Part shown: one piece after another, positions 29,125 through 38,219 of the stretch
How positions within the stretch are numbered: position 1 is the stretch's first letter
Layout: the number at the start of each line of letters is the position of its first letter
Assembly: GCA_964600615.1 (NCBI GenBank)
Contig: CAZRJK010000007.1
Location: 4,329-68,328 of the forward strand
From: an uncultured Muribaculaceae bacterium
GTDB lineage: Bacteria; Bacillota_I; Bacilli_A; RF39; UBA660
DNA length: 64,000 nt
Reading direction: 5' to 3'
Program-made: the position numbers and the translations under genes
The notes under the pieces: generated by a model
What the model saw: only the letters and a program-made list of their open reading frames with translations
Told to the model about the DNA's origin: nothing
The model's database searches: none

Positions 29125-29676
29125 ATGGAAGAGAAAAAAAATAATGGGATTTTGATTGGAATAATAATAGGTATTATAATAATGCTATTATTAATAGGAG
29201 GATTTGTATTATTTACAACTAGTGCTTTTTCGATTTATAATAATCAAAGGAAAAAAATAGAAAATAAAACAGAAGAAATAATTGATAAATCAGAAGAAAT
29301 AATTGACAAAGTTAAAGAAAAAGCAGAAGAACAAACTAATCAAATAGAAATAACTGGTAAATATGAACAAAAATCTGAAACAGAAACTCCATATTACAGT
29401 TCAGTAGTTGAAGTATCAAATTTAACGGATTCTTCAATAGATTTTAAAATAGAAGCATCTCATGGATTAGATATAGATCACGTTAATATTGGATCAGTAA
29501 AAGGAACAGCAACCAAAAGTATTGGAAATAATTATATGTTTGAAGAAAATAATTCAAAAATATCATTTACTTTTATTGAAAATAAATTAATAATAGCTGA
29601 AATCTATGAAGATAATATTAATCCATATGGAGGCCATGGAGTTTATTTTTCTGGACAATATAATAAAGTATCTTAA
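29125..29676 (+). CDS. Hypothetical N-terminally membrane-anchored protein
   Basis: Good RBS (AAGGAG). One TM helix (GILIGIIIGIIIMLLLIGGFVLF), then a soluble domain. An internal EEIIDK duplication is present. No family recognised. Confidence 0.5.
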   Translation: MEEKKNNGILIGIIIGIIIMLLLIGGFVLFTTSAFSIYNNQRKKIENKTEEIIDKSEEIIDKVKEKAEEQTNQIEITGKYEQKSETETPYYSSVVEVSNLTDSSIDFKIEASHGLDIDHVNIGSVKGTATKSIGNNYMFEENNSKISFTFIENKLIIAEIYEDNINPYGGHGVYFSGQYNKVS

Positions 29677-29744
29677 GAAATACATTAGTATTTCTTTTTC
29701 TTTATAAATGTGTTAAAATATTTGCAGAAAAAGGAGGTAATAAT

Positions 29745-31097
29745 ATGGATGATACTATAGCAGCAATATCTACTGCCCAAGGTGTAGGAGCTATATCTAT
29801 AATAAGAGTAAGTGGTAACGATAGTATTAATATTGTAAATAAAATATTTAAAGGTAAAGATTTAACTAAAGTAGATACTCATACCATTCATTATGGATAT
29901 ATTATAGATAATAATGAAATAATAGATGAAGTACTAGTATCAGTAATGAAAAGTCCTAAAACTTTTACTAAAGAAGATATAGTAGAAATAAATAGTCATG
30001 GAGGAATAGCACCTACTAACAAAGTATTAGAATTATTATTATTAAATGGAGCTAGATTAGCAGAACCAGGAGAATTTACCAAAAGAGCTTTTCTAAATGG
30101 AAGAATAGACTTAATAGAAGCAGATGGAATAATGAATATAATATCTTCTAAATCAGATAAAGCAAGACAACTATCTATAAATCAATTAAGAGGAAAAGTA
30201 TCTAATTTAATAAAAGATTTAAGAAAAGATTTAATAGAAATAATATCTAACATAGAAGTAAATATAGACTATCCTGAATATGACGACATAGAAGTAGTAA
30301 CTAATGAAAAATTATTACCTAGATTATTAAAAATAAAAGATAAATTAACTAAAGCCATCAAAAAATCAGAAGATAGTAAAGTAATAAATCAAGGAATTAA
30401 AGTAGGAATAATAGGTAGACCTAATGTAGGAAAAAGTAGCCTACTAAATAATTTATTAGAAGAAGATAAAGCTATAGTTACTGATATAGAAGGAACTACT
30501 AGAGACATAGTAGAAGGAACTATTAATTTAAATGGAATATTATTAAATATAACAGACACAGCAGGAATAAGAAAAACCAATAATATAGTAGAAAAAATAG
30601 GTGTAGAAAAAAGTAAGGAAATAATAAATAATTCAGATTTAATAATTATGATATTAAATAATAATGAAGAATTAACTAAAGAAGATAATTATTTATTAAA
30701 TATTATAAAAAATAAAAAACATATAATAATATCTAATAAAATAGATTTAGATAATAAATTAGATTATTCTAAATTACCTAAAAATATAATAAAAGTAAGT
30801 ATTCTAAATAATGAAGGTATAGAAAAATTAAAACAAAGAATAATCGAATTATTTAATCTAGGAGAATTACAAACAGAAGATTTAACATATCTAAGTGATG
30901 CCAGAAGCATATCGTTATTAAAAAAATCATTAAACAAAATAGAAGAAAGTATTAATTCGATTAATAATGAAGAACCAATAGATATAGTAGAATTAAATAT
31001 TAAAAATGCTTGGGAATATTTAGGAGAAATAATTGGAGAAACATATACAGATGAATTACTAGATGATTTATTCTCTAGATTTTGTTTAGGAAAATAG
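29745..31097 (+). CDS. mnmE: tRNA modification GTPase MnmE
   Basis: DTIAAISTAQGVGAISIIRVSG, G-domain motifs (GRPNVGKSSLLN, DTAG) and the C-terminal FCLGK. Confidence 0.95.
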   Translation: MDDTIAAISTAQGVGAISIIRVSGNDSINIVNKIFKGKDLTKVDTHTIHYGYIIDNNEIIDEVLVSVMKSPKTFTKEDIVEINSHGGIAPTNKVLELLLLNGARLAEPGEFTKRAFLNGRIDLIEADGIMNIISSKSDKARQLSINQLRGKVSNLIKDLRKDLIEIISNIEVNIDYPEYDDIEVVTNEKLLPRLLKIKDKLTKAIKKSEDSKVINQGIKVGIIGRPNVGKSSLLNNLLEEDKAIVTDIEGTTRDIVEGTINLNGILLNITDTAGIRKTNNIVEKIGVEKSKEIINNSDLIIMILNNNEELTKEDNYLLNIIKNKKHIIISNKIDLDNKLDYSKLPKNIIKVSILNNEGIEKLKQRIIELFNLGELQTEDLTYLSDARSISLLKKSLNKIEESINSINNEEPIDIVELNIKNAWEYLGEIIGETYTDELLDDLFSRFCLGK

Positions 31098-31169
31098 TTT
31101 TTTTAAAAACTATTTTCTTATTGTATATTATTATGATATAATAAAGATAATAATAGAAAGGAGAAAAAA

Positions 31170-31769
31170 ATGAAAGAATTTAAAACTATCAATTCAACAA
31201 TAATAATAACATTAATAGTTGTTATATTACTACTAAGTGCCCTATTTATACTAACCTTAACAGGTGAAATAAAACTTGTGCCAAAAGAAACTGAAGTACA
31301 AGAAACATCAAAAGAAGAGAACAAACAATATACATATGATGAAATAGCAGGATTATATACTAAAGAAGAAATTATAACCGTTGATAATGAACAAATTAAA
31401 GAAAGAACAGATTTATTATTAAATAGTGATGGAACATATTTTTATTCTTATGCTGTAAGAGTATCTCTAAGACATATGGGAAATTATATAATTAATAATA
31501 ACAATCAAATAATTCTAAACAAATTATTTGAAATTAATGATGGAATAGAAATAATTCCTAGTTTTGAAACAATAAACCTAATAATCAATCAAAATAACAT
31601 ATCATACACAAACAATAAAACTGTTGAAGGTAATACTAAAACAATTAATTTAACCAAAAACAGCGATTTAGAAAAAGAGAGTTTCATTAAAGCATATGGC
31701 GTTGATAAAGAAACTTTATTAAAAAATTCATATTATATAAACAATAAAAGCATATTATATAAACAATAG
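31170..31769 (+). CDS. Hypothetical N-terminally membrane-anchored protein
   Basis: RBS AAGGAG. One TM helix near the N-terminus. No family recognised. Confidence 0.5.
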   Translation: MKEFKTINSTIIITLIVVILLLSALFILTLTGEIKLVPKETEVQETSKEENKQYTYDEIAGLYTKEEIITVDNEQIKERTDLLLNSDGTYFYSYAVRVSLRHMGNYIINNNNQIILNKLFEINDGIEIIPSFETINLIINQNNISYTNNKTVEGNTKTINLTKNSDLEKESFIKAYGVDKETLLKNSYYINNKSILYKQ

Positions 31770-31773
31770 AAAA

Positions 31774-31814
31774 AGAAATATAAGAAGTTAACTATCTTGT
31801 ATTTCTTTTTTTTT
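31774..31814 (+). terminator. Intrinsic terminator
   Basis: 12-bp stem AGAAATATAAGA/TCTTGTATTTCT followed by T9. Confidence 0.65.
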
Positions 31815-31858
31815 ATTAATATGCTAAAATAGTAACGATTGGAAAAGAAGTGATAACT

Positions 31859-33733
31859 ATGGATTATGAAATTATAGTTGTAGGTGGAGGACATGCTGGA
31901 TGTGAAGCAGCTTTAGCAGGAGCCCGTATCGGACACTCTACTCTACTTGTAACTGGAAGAATAGAAAATATAGCAACTATGCCATGTAATCCATCTATTG
32001 GAGGATCAGCAAAAGGAATAATAGTAAGAGAAATAGATGCCTTAGGTGGAGAAATGGGAATAAATGCCGATAAATCTTTATTACAAATGAAAATGTTAAA
32101 CTCTTCTAAAGGACCAGCAGTTCATTCCTTAAGAGCGCAAGCTGACAAGATAACTTATCCTAAAAACATGAGAGAAACATTAAAAAAGCAAAAAAATCTA
32201 ACTCTACTAGAAGGAATGGTTGAAGACTTAATAGTAGAAAACAATACTGTAAAAGGAATAGTATTATCAGATAATAAAAAAATAACTTCTAATATAGTTA
32301 TATTAACGACAGGAACATATTTAAAAGCTGATATATTAAGAGGTTCTACTAGAACTAGAAGTGGTCCTAACGGAGAAAAGCCATCTATGCACCTAAGCGA
32401 TAAATTAAAAAGTTATGGCTTTGATATTTTAAGGTTAAAAACAGGAACACCACAAAGAATAGAAAAATCATCTATAGATTTTACTAAAACCAAAAGAGAA
32501 GATGGAGATTCTACGCCCCATACCTTCTCACATGATTTAGATAAACCATTATATGATGTAAATAATCAAGAACCTTGCCACCTAATCTATACAACACCTG
32601 AAACCCATAAAATAATTTTAGATAATTTAAATAAATCAAGTATGTATGGAGGATTAAATGATATAACAGGTGTAGGTCCTAGATATTGTCCATCAATAGA
32701 AGATAAAATAACAAGATTTAAAGATAAAGAAAAGCACCAATTATTCTTAGAACCAGAAAGCCTATACTATGATGATATCTATGTACAAGGATTTTCTACA
32801 AGCATGCCCGAAGAAATTCAAGAAAAAATGGTACATTCTCTCCCAGGATTAGAACATGCTAAAATACTAAAATATGCCTATGCTATAGAATATGATGCTA
32901 TTTACCCTACTCAAGTAAAAGCCACACTAGAGACAAAAGTATTAAACAATCTGTTTACAGCAGGGCAAATAAATGGAACTAGCGGTTATGAAGAAGCTGC
33001 ATGTCAAGGCTTAATTGCAGGAATAAACGCTTGTATGAAACTAGAAAACAAAGAAGCATTAATTTTAAAAAGAAACGAAGCTTACACTGGAGTATTAATA
33101 GATGACTTAGTAACAAAAGGAACAATAGAGCCATATAGAATGCTAACTTCTCGTGCAGAATATAGATTATTATTAAGAGATGATAATGCTGATATTAGAT
33201 TAAGAGAATATGGTCATCAAGTTGGGTTAATAGATGATAAAAGATATAAAAAATTTAAAGAAAAATTATCCAATATTGAATCTCTTAAAGAACAACTAAA
33301 AAATATAAAATTATCTCCAACAAAAGAAAATAATAAAATATTAAAAAAATATAATTCAACACAATTAAAAGATGGAATAACTCTATATAATTTATTAAAA
33401 AGATCAGAAATAACTTTGGATATATTATTTAAAGAAAACATTTTGAATAAAGAATATAATAATGAGGTAAATAAACAAGTAGAAATACAAATAAAATATG
33501 AAGGATATATAAAGAAAATTGAAAGAGAAGCTGAAAAAATGTTAAAACAAGAAAAAAAACAAATACCAGAAGATATAGATTATAATAAAGTAACTAATCT
33601 AGCCAGTGAAGCCCGACAAAAATTAATAAAAGTAAGACCTACGTCAATTGGACAAGCTATGAGAATAAGCGGAGTAAATCCAGCAGATATATCAATATTA
33701 ATGGTATATTTAAGAAAGAAATATAATGAATAA
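31859..33733 (+). CDS. mnmG: tRNA uridine 5-carboxymethylaminomethyl modification enzyme MnmG (GidA)
   Basis: MDYEIIVVGGGHAGCEAALAGAR FAD-binding motif and full-length GidA collinearity. Start set at ATG 31859 (the track uses upstream GTG 31850). Confidence 0.95.
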   Translation: MDYEIIVVGGGHAGCEAALAGARIGHSTLLVTGRIENIATMPCNPSIGGSAKGIIVREIDALGGEMGINADKSLLQMKMLNSSKGPAVHSLRAQADKITYPKNMRETLKKQKNLTLLEGMVEDLIVENNTVKGIVLSDNKKITSNIVILTTGTYLKADILRGSTRTRSGPNGEKPSMHLSDKLKSYGFDILRLKTGTPQRIEKSSIDFTKTKREDGDSTPHTFSHDLDKPLYDVNNQEPCHLIYTTPETHKIILDNLNKSSMYGGLNDITGVGPRYCPSIEDKITRFKDKEKHQLFLEPESLYYDDIYVQGFSTSMPEEIQEKMVHSLPGLEHAKILKYAYAIEYDAIYPTQVKATLETKVLNNLFTAGQINGTSGYEEAACQGLIAGINACMKLENKEALILKRNEAYTGVLIDDLVTKGTIEPYRMLTSRAEYRLLLRDDNADIRLREYGHQVGLIDDKRYKKFKEKLSNIESLKEQLKNIKLSPTKENNKILKKYNSTQLKDGITLYNLLKRSEITLDILFKENILNKEYNNEVNKQVEIQIKYEGYIKKIEREAEKMLKQEKKQIPEDIDYNKVTNLASEARQKLIKVRPTSIGQAMRISGVNPADISILMVYLRKKYNE

Positions 33734-34427
33734 AGAAGTATTTATAGAGGAATTAAATAAATTAAATATCAATATTACAGATAAACAATTAAAACAATTA
33801 GATGCTTATTATAACCTTTTAATAGAAGAAAATAAAAAATACAACTTAACATCTATAACAAAAGAAGAAGATGTATATTTAAAACATTTTTATGATTCTT
33901 TAACAATAACTAAAATAATAGATTTAAATAAAGAATCCTTATGTGATATAGGAACAGGAGCAGGGTTTCCAGGAATAGTATTAAAAATATTATTTCCTAA
34001 TCTTAAAGTAACATTATTAGATTCTACTCTAAAAAAATGCAACTTTCTTAAATTAGCAATAGAAGAATTAAACTTAACAGATATTGAAGTAATAAATGAA
34101 AGAGCAGAAATATATAGTAAAAAAGAAAGAGAAAAATATGATATAGTAACATCAAGAGCAGTAGCCCCATTAAAACATTTACTAGAGTATTCTGTTCCCT
34201 TAGTAAAAGTAAATGGCTATTATATAGCTATGAAAAGTGATATAACAGAAGAAATAAAAGGAATAGAAAGCTATGAAAAAGAATTAAATATTAAAGAAAT
34301 AAATAGAATATCCTTTAAATTACCTTCAGAAAATAGTCTAAGAACCTTAATAAAATATATAAAAAAAGAAAAAACCAATTCTAAATATCCAAGAAAGTAT
34401 AATGAAATTAAAAAGAAAAATTTGTAA
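33726..34427 (+). CDS. rsmG: 16S rRNA (guanine527-N7)-methyltransferase
   Basis: NLTSITKEEDVYLKHFYDSL, SAM motif DIGTGAGFPG. Overlaps the mnmG end by 8 nt. Confidence 0.9.
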   Translation: MNKEVFIEELNKLNINITDKQLKQLDAYYNLLIEENKKYNLTSITKEEDVYLKHFYDSLTITKIIDLNKESLCDIGTGAGFPGIVLKILFPNLKVTLLDSTLKKCNFLKLAIEELNLTDIEVINERAEIYSKKEREKYDIVTSRAVAPLKHLLEYSVPLVKVNGYYIAMKSDITEEIKGIESYEKELNIKEINRISFKLPSENSLRTLIKYIKKEKTNSKYPRKYNEIKKKNL

Positions 34428-34509
34428 AAGAAAACAAATTTTCTTTTTTTTATTGAAAAAAAATTTTTTTTATTGTATTCTATATATAGTAGGAGAATAG
34501 AGGGATATT

Positions 34510-35745
34510 ATGGATAATGTGATACAATTAGCATTAATAGACCTTATACCAGGAGAATTTCATCCTCATCTAGAAAATCAAAATGATAATATTGATGGAT
34601 TAGTTAATTCAATAAAAAATTTAGGAATTATTGAACCATTAATAGTTAGAAAAAAAGAAGATAAATATGAAATAATAAATGGTAATAGAAGGTATAATGC
34701 AGCTAAACAACTAAATTTAGAAAAAATTCCAGTAATTGTAATTAATGCCACAGATGAAGAAGTTCTTAACATAATAATAACAAATAATGTCCAAAGAAAA
34801 GAGTTAACTGGAAAAGAAGAAGCCCTATTATATGAAAAAGCCATAAGATATCCCAATGTAAATGTTGAGCAGCTTAGTCTAAAACTTGGAATACCTGAAG
34901 ATAGAATAAATTCAAAATTAAAAATAGTTAAAAAAAATGAAAACAAAACCAATCAAATATTAACAAATCATAATATCAACGGACAAACAACAGATATTAA
35001 AAATAATAATATAATAAATAACGATATAATTAATCTAAATAATTTAAATAATGAAGAAATAAGAAGGGAAAGATCAAATATGAATGAAAATCAATTCACA
35101 ACACCAAATCAAGGAACTGCGCCTCAAAATTTTGAATCAAACCAAGGACCAACGTTTGGAGGAAGATTTTTTCCAGCAATGGATAATCCATCACAAATAA
35201 ATTCACAACCAGCACCTCAATCAAATCAATTAGTCGACTTAACTGGTAACACTATTCAGAATCAAGGAACTGTACCTGTCCCAAATCAGGGACCAATTAG
35301 TAATCCTGAAATAGAAAATACCCCAGCAATGAATAACACTAACCCAGAACCAATAAATATTCCAACTTATAATAATATTCCCACACAAACACCTGTTACA
35401 GAAGAGAATAATCAAATGGAGAATATTCCAACTCCAACATTAGAAGAAATAGAAAAAAGTTTAAATATTGTGCCTGAAAGCACTCCAAGTATTCCTGAAA
35501 CACCAAATTTAGAAACTCAATTAGAAAACAACACAGTACAGGAAATAAGCAGAGAACCACTACCAGAATTAGAAAACATTCCTAATATAGAAACAAAGGA
35601 AGCTACCCCAATCAAAGAAGTAACCCCTATTATAAATATAATAAAAAGTATAGTAACTAATATGGAATTATTGGGATATAAGATTAATATAACAGAGAAT
35701 GAAGGACCAACAAATTACAATATAAACATAGAAGTAGAAAAATAA
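34510..35745 (+). CDS. parB: ParB/Spo0J-family protein, atypical (long N/Q/P-rich insert)
   Basis: ParB N-domain (GIIEPLIVRKKEDKYEIINGNRRYNAAKQLNLEKIPVIV; the GERR box reads GNRR). HTH-like segment (VEQLSLKLGIPEDRINSKLKIV). About 230 aa of low-complexity N/Q/P-rich sequence. Short structured C-terminus. Canonical position after rsmG. Confidence 0.7.
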   Translation: MDNVIQLALIDLIPGEFHPHLENQNDNIDGLVNSIKNLGIIEPLIVRKKEDKYEIINGNRRYNAAKQLNLEKIPVIVINATDEEVLNIIITNNVQRKELTGKEEALLYEKAIRYPNVNVEQLSLKLGIPEDRINSKLKIVKKNENKTNQILTNHNINGQTTDIKNNNIINNDIINLNNLNNEEIRRERSNMNENQFTTPNQGTAPQNFESNQGPTFGGRFFPAMDNPSQINSQPAPQSNQLVDLTGNTIQNQGTVPVPNQGPISNPEIENTPAMNNTNPEPINIPTYNNIPTQTPVTEENNQMENIPTPTLEEIEKSLNIVPESTPSIPETPNLETQLENNTVQEISREPLPELENIPNIETKEATPIKEVTPIINIIKSIVTNMELLGYKINITENEGPTNYNINIEVEK

Positions 35746-35758
35746 TTTACTTCTTTTT

Positions 35759-37717
35759 TTATTGCTTAATAACATTGTTTTCTTCTTTAAATACAGTTTC
35801 TAAATCAGAATCATTAATACTAGGTTCTGTTCCTTTTAAAAAATAAAAAATCTTTTCTTTTTTATCATCCTTAGAAGCCAATTTACCATTAATAGGATTA
35901 ACTAGTACCCCCACTACATTACTTGGAATATCATACCAACTATTATCCTTATCTTTCAAATAATTTTCCATAGTATCAACCCAAATATCTTTATGATAAT
36001 TTCCCTCATCACTACCAATTTTAGAATTATCATCATATCCAGTCCATATGGATAGAACAGCATTTTTATTATAGCCAATTATCCATTTATCAGTATCAGT
36101 AGTTCCACTTTTTAAAGCATATTTATTAGTAATTTTTGGCAACAAACTAATTAAAGTAGGATAATTATAATCAATAAAAGCTGAATCATATGTATAAGTA
36201 AGCATCTCACTAAGAATATAAGTCAAATTTGAATTAAGAATATTATCTGGATTTAAATCATTATATTCATAAATAATATTACCATTATTATCAGTTATTT
36301 TACTAATAAAATGACTTTCTACCTTATTTCCACTATTAGCAAAAGAACTATAAGCTTCTACCATTTCAATCATACTAATCTCACTAGTACCAAGAGCCAA
36401 AGAAGGATTAGCTGCAAGTTTGCTATTAATCCCCAGTCTCTTACTCATATTAATAAGATTACTTTCCCCCATAAATAAATTAGATTTAACAGCATATATA
36501 TTATCAGAATAAGAAATAGCAGCTCCCATCGTAATAGAACCATTAGCATATTTATCATTATAATTATTTGGTGTATAAGATTTATTATTAGAAAAATTAA
36601 AAGTTGTCTTCTCACTAGTAAAAGTAGAAATAGAAGTAAACCCATTCTCCAAAGCAGAATAATATAATATTGGTTTCATAATTGAACCAACTTGTCTTTT
36701 AGCTTTAATAGCCCTATTATACTGGCTCAGAGAATAATCTTTTCCTCCTATCATTGCCAAAATTCCTCCATTATTAGGATCAATCATCATTCCAGCTATT
36801 TCTAAATTAGATTCATTATCAATATAATCATAAGTAGCATCTTCTAAAGATTTTTGAGCTTTTTCATCTAAAGTAGTATATATATTTAAACCACCAGTAT
36901 CTATAATAGATTTAGGGATAGAACTAATACTATTTAATTCTTCTATAACAGCATCTCTAAAATATAAAACATTATTAAGATTGCTCTGATTTAGTTTACC
37001 AATATAAGTTAAATTTTGACTCTTAGCATCAATTAAATCATTATAAGTAATATCATTATTATTATACATAGAAGTAAGAACAGCTAATTGTCTTTTTTTA
37101 GCCAATTTTAAATTACTAATAGGAGAATAATTAGAAGGAGATTGTGGGATACCCGCTAACATTGAAGCTTCTGCCAAATTAAGACTACTAGCACTATGAC
37201 CAAAATAATACCAACTAGCATTCTCTATTCCATAAACACCCCCATAATTAATCGTATTTAAATACCCTTCTATAATTTCCTTCTTAGTATAATGAGTTTC
37301 TAATTCAGCCGCCATCAAAGCTTCATCAATCTTCCTAGACCAAGTCTTTTCATAATTTAAAAATAAGTTTCTAGCATACTGTTGAGAAATAGTAGATGCT
37401 CCCTCGGACAAAGAATTATTCTTAATATTTGTTATTATTGCCTTAATTATCCTTAAATAATCAAATCCTAAATGTCTATAAAAATTCTTATCTTCTGTAT
37501 CTATAGTTGCATTTATCAAATAAGGACTAATATCTTCGATAGCAATCCAACTCTTATTATCGTCAAAAATAAGTTCGTTTTCATTATTATATAAATAATA
37601 AGATTTAATTTTCTTTAAAGGAATTTTAGGTGTAATATAACAATAAGAGTATAAACAAATATTAAAAATTAAAAATAAATAAAAAAAATATTCCCAAAAT
37701 TTTAAAATTTTTTTCAT
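35759..37717 (-). CDS. Class A penicillin-binding protein (transglycosylase + transpeptidase)
   Basis: GT51 motifs (EDKNFYRHLGFD, GASTISQQYARN) and transpeptidase motifs (SIMKP = SxxK, SDN-like, KSGTT). Start set at ATG 37717 (MKKILKF) after AGAGAGG. Confidence 0.85.
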   Translation of the reverse strand: MKKILKFWEYFFYLFLIFNICLYSYCYITPKIPLKKIKSYYLYNNENELIFDDNKSWIAIEDISPYLINATIDTEDKNFYRHLGFDYLRIIKAIITNIKNNSLSEGASTISQQYARNLFLNYEKTWSRKIDEALMAAELETHYTKKEIIEGYLNTINYGGVYGIENASWYYFGHSASSLNLAEASMLAGIPQSPSNYSPISNLKLAKKRQLAVLTSMYNNNDITYNDLIDAKSQNLTYIGKLNQSNLNNVLYFRDAVIEELNSISSIPKSIIDTGGLNIYTTLDEKAQKSLEDATYDYIDNESNLEIAGMMIDPNNGGILAMIGGKDYSLSQYNRAIKAKRQVGSIMKPILYYSALENGFTSISTFTSEKTTFNFSNNKSYTPNNYNDKYANGSITMGAAISYSDNIYAVKSNLFMGESNLINMSKRLGINSKLAANPSLALGTSEISMIEMVEAYSSFANSGNKVESHFISKITDNNGNIIYEYNDLNPDNILNSNLTYILSEMLTYTYDSAFIDYNYPTLISLLPKITNKYALKSGTTDTDKWIIGYNKNAVLSIWTGYDDNSKIGSDEGNYHKDIWVDTMENYLKDKDNSWYDIPSNVVGVLVNPINGKLASKDDKKEKIFYFLKGTEPSINDSDLETVFKEENNVIKQ

Positions 37718-37859
37718 TAAAATACCTCTCTTTTCCATATAAAACAATAATTTTTAATACCTAATAATATTATTAGTAAAAAAAATATAAATATAAGTTT
37801 TATTTTTTATAAACTTGTGATATAATGTCTACTGAATTGACTGAATTGGAGGAGATTTT

Positions 37860-38219
37860 ACGAAAATAAACCTTACAGGATATATAAAAGATAAATACAA
37901 CAAAGAAACATTTCAAACAAAAGGAATAAAAAATAAAAAAAATATCTCATATCAAATAGATAATTACAAATACAAATTAAAAATAATAGATTCTCAAATA
38001 ATTTTAATTAGGGAAAATAAAGATATAAAAAGTATTCTATTATTTGAAAAAAATAAAGAAATTCCAGCAACTTATACCATAAAAGACAACAACATATCAA
38101 TAGAAATAAATATAAAAACTAATAAAATAGAAATAAAAGATAATTCAATAAAAATCAATTATTTAATTTTAGATTCAAACGAAGAATATGAATACTATAT
38201 AGAAATGAGTGAGTATTAA
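37860..38219 (+). CDS. DUF1934 (YwiB-like) beta-barrel protein; start codon unresolved
   Basis: The frame is open from 37845 to TAA 38217-38219. It reads ...INLTGYIKDKYNKETFQTKGIKNKKNISYQIDNYKYKLKIIDSQIILIRENKDIKSILLFEKNKEIPATYT...INYLILDSNEEYEYYIEM. It follows a strong GGAGGAG RBS (37848-37854) and sits upstream of an argS-type gene, as ywiB does. There is no in-frame ATG, GTG or TTG, so it is absent from the track. Confidence 0.5.
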   Translation, partial: TKINLTGYIKDKYNKETFQTKGIKNKKNISYQIDNYKYKLKIIDSQIILIRENKDIKSILLFEKNKEIPATYTIKDNNISIEINIKTNKIEIKDNSIKINYLILDSNEEYEYYIEMSEY

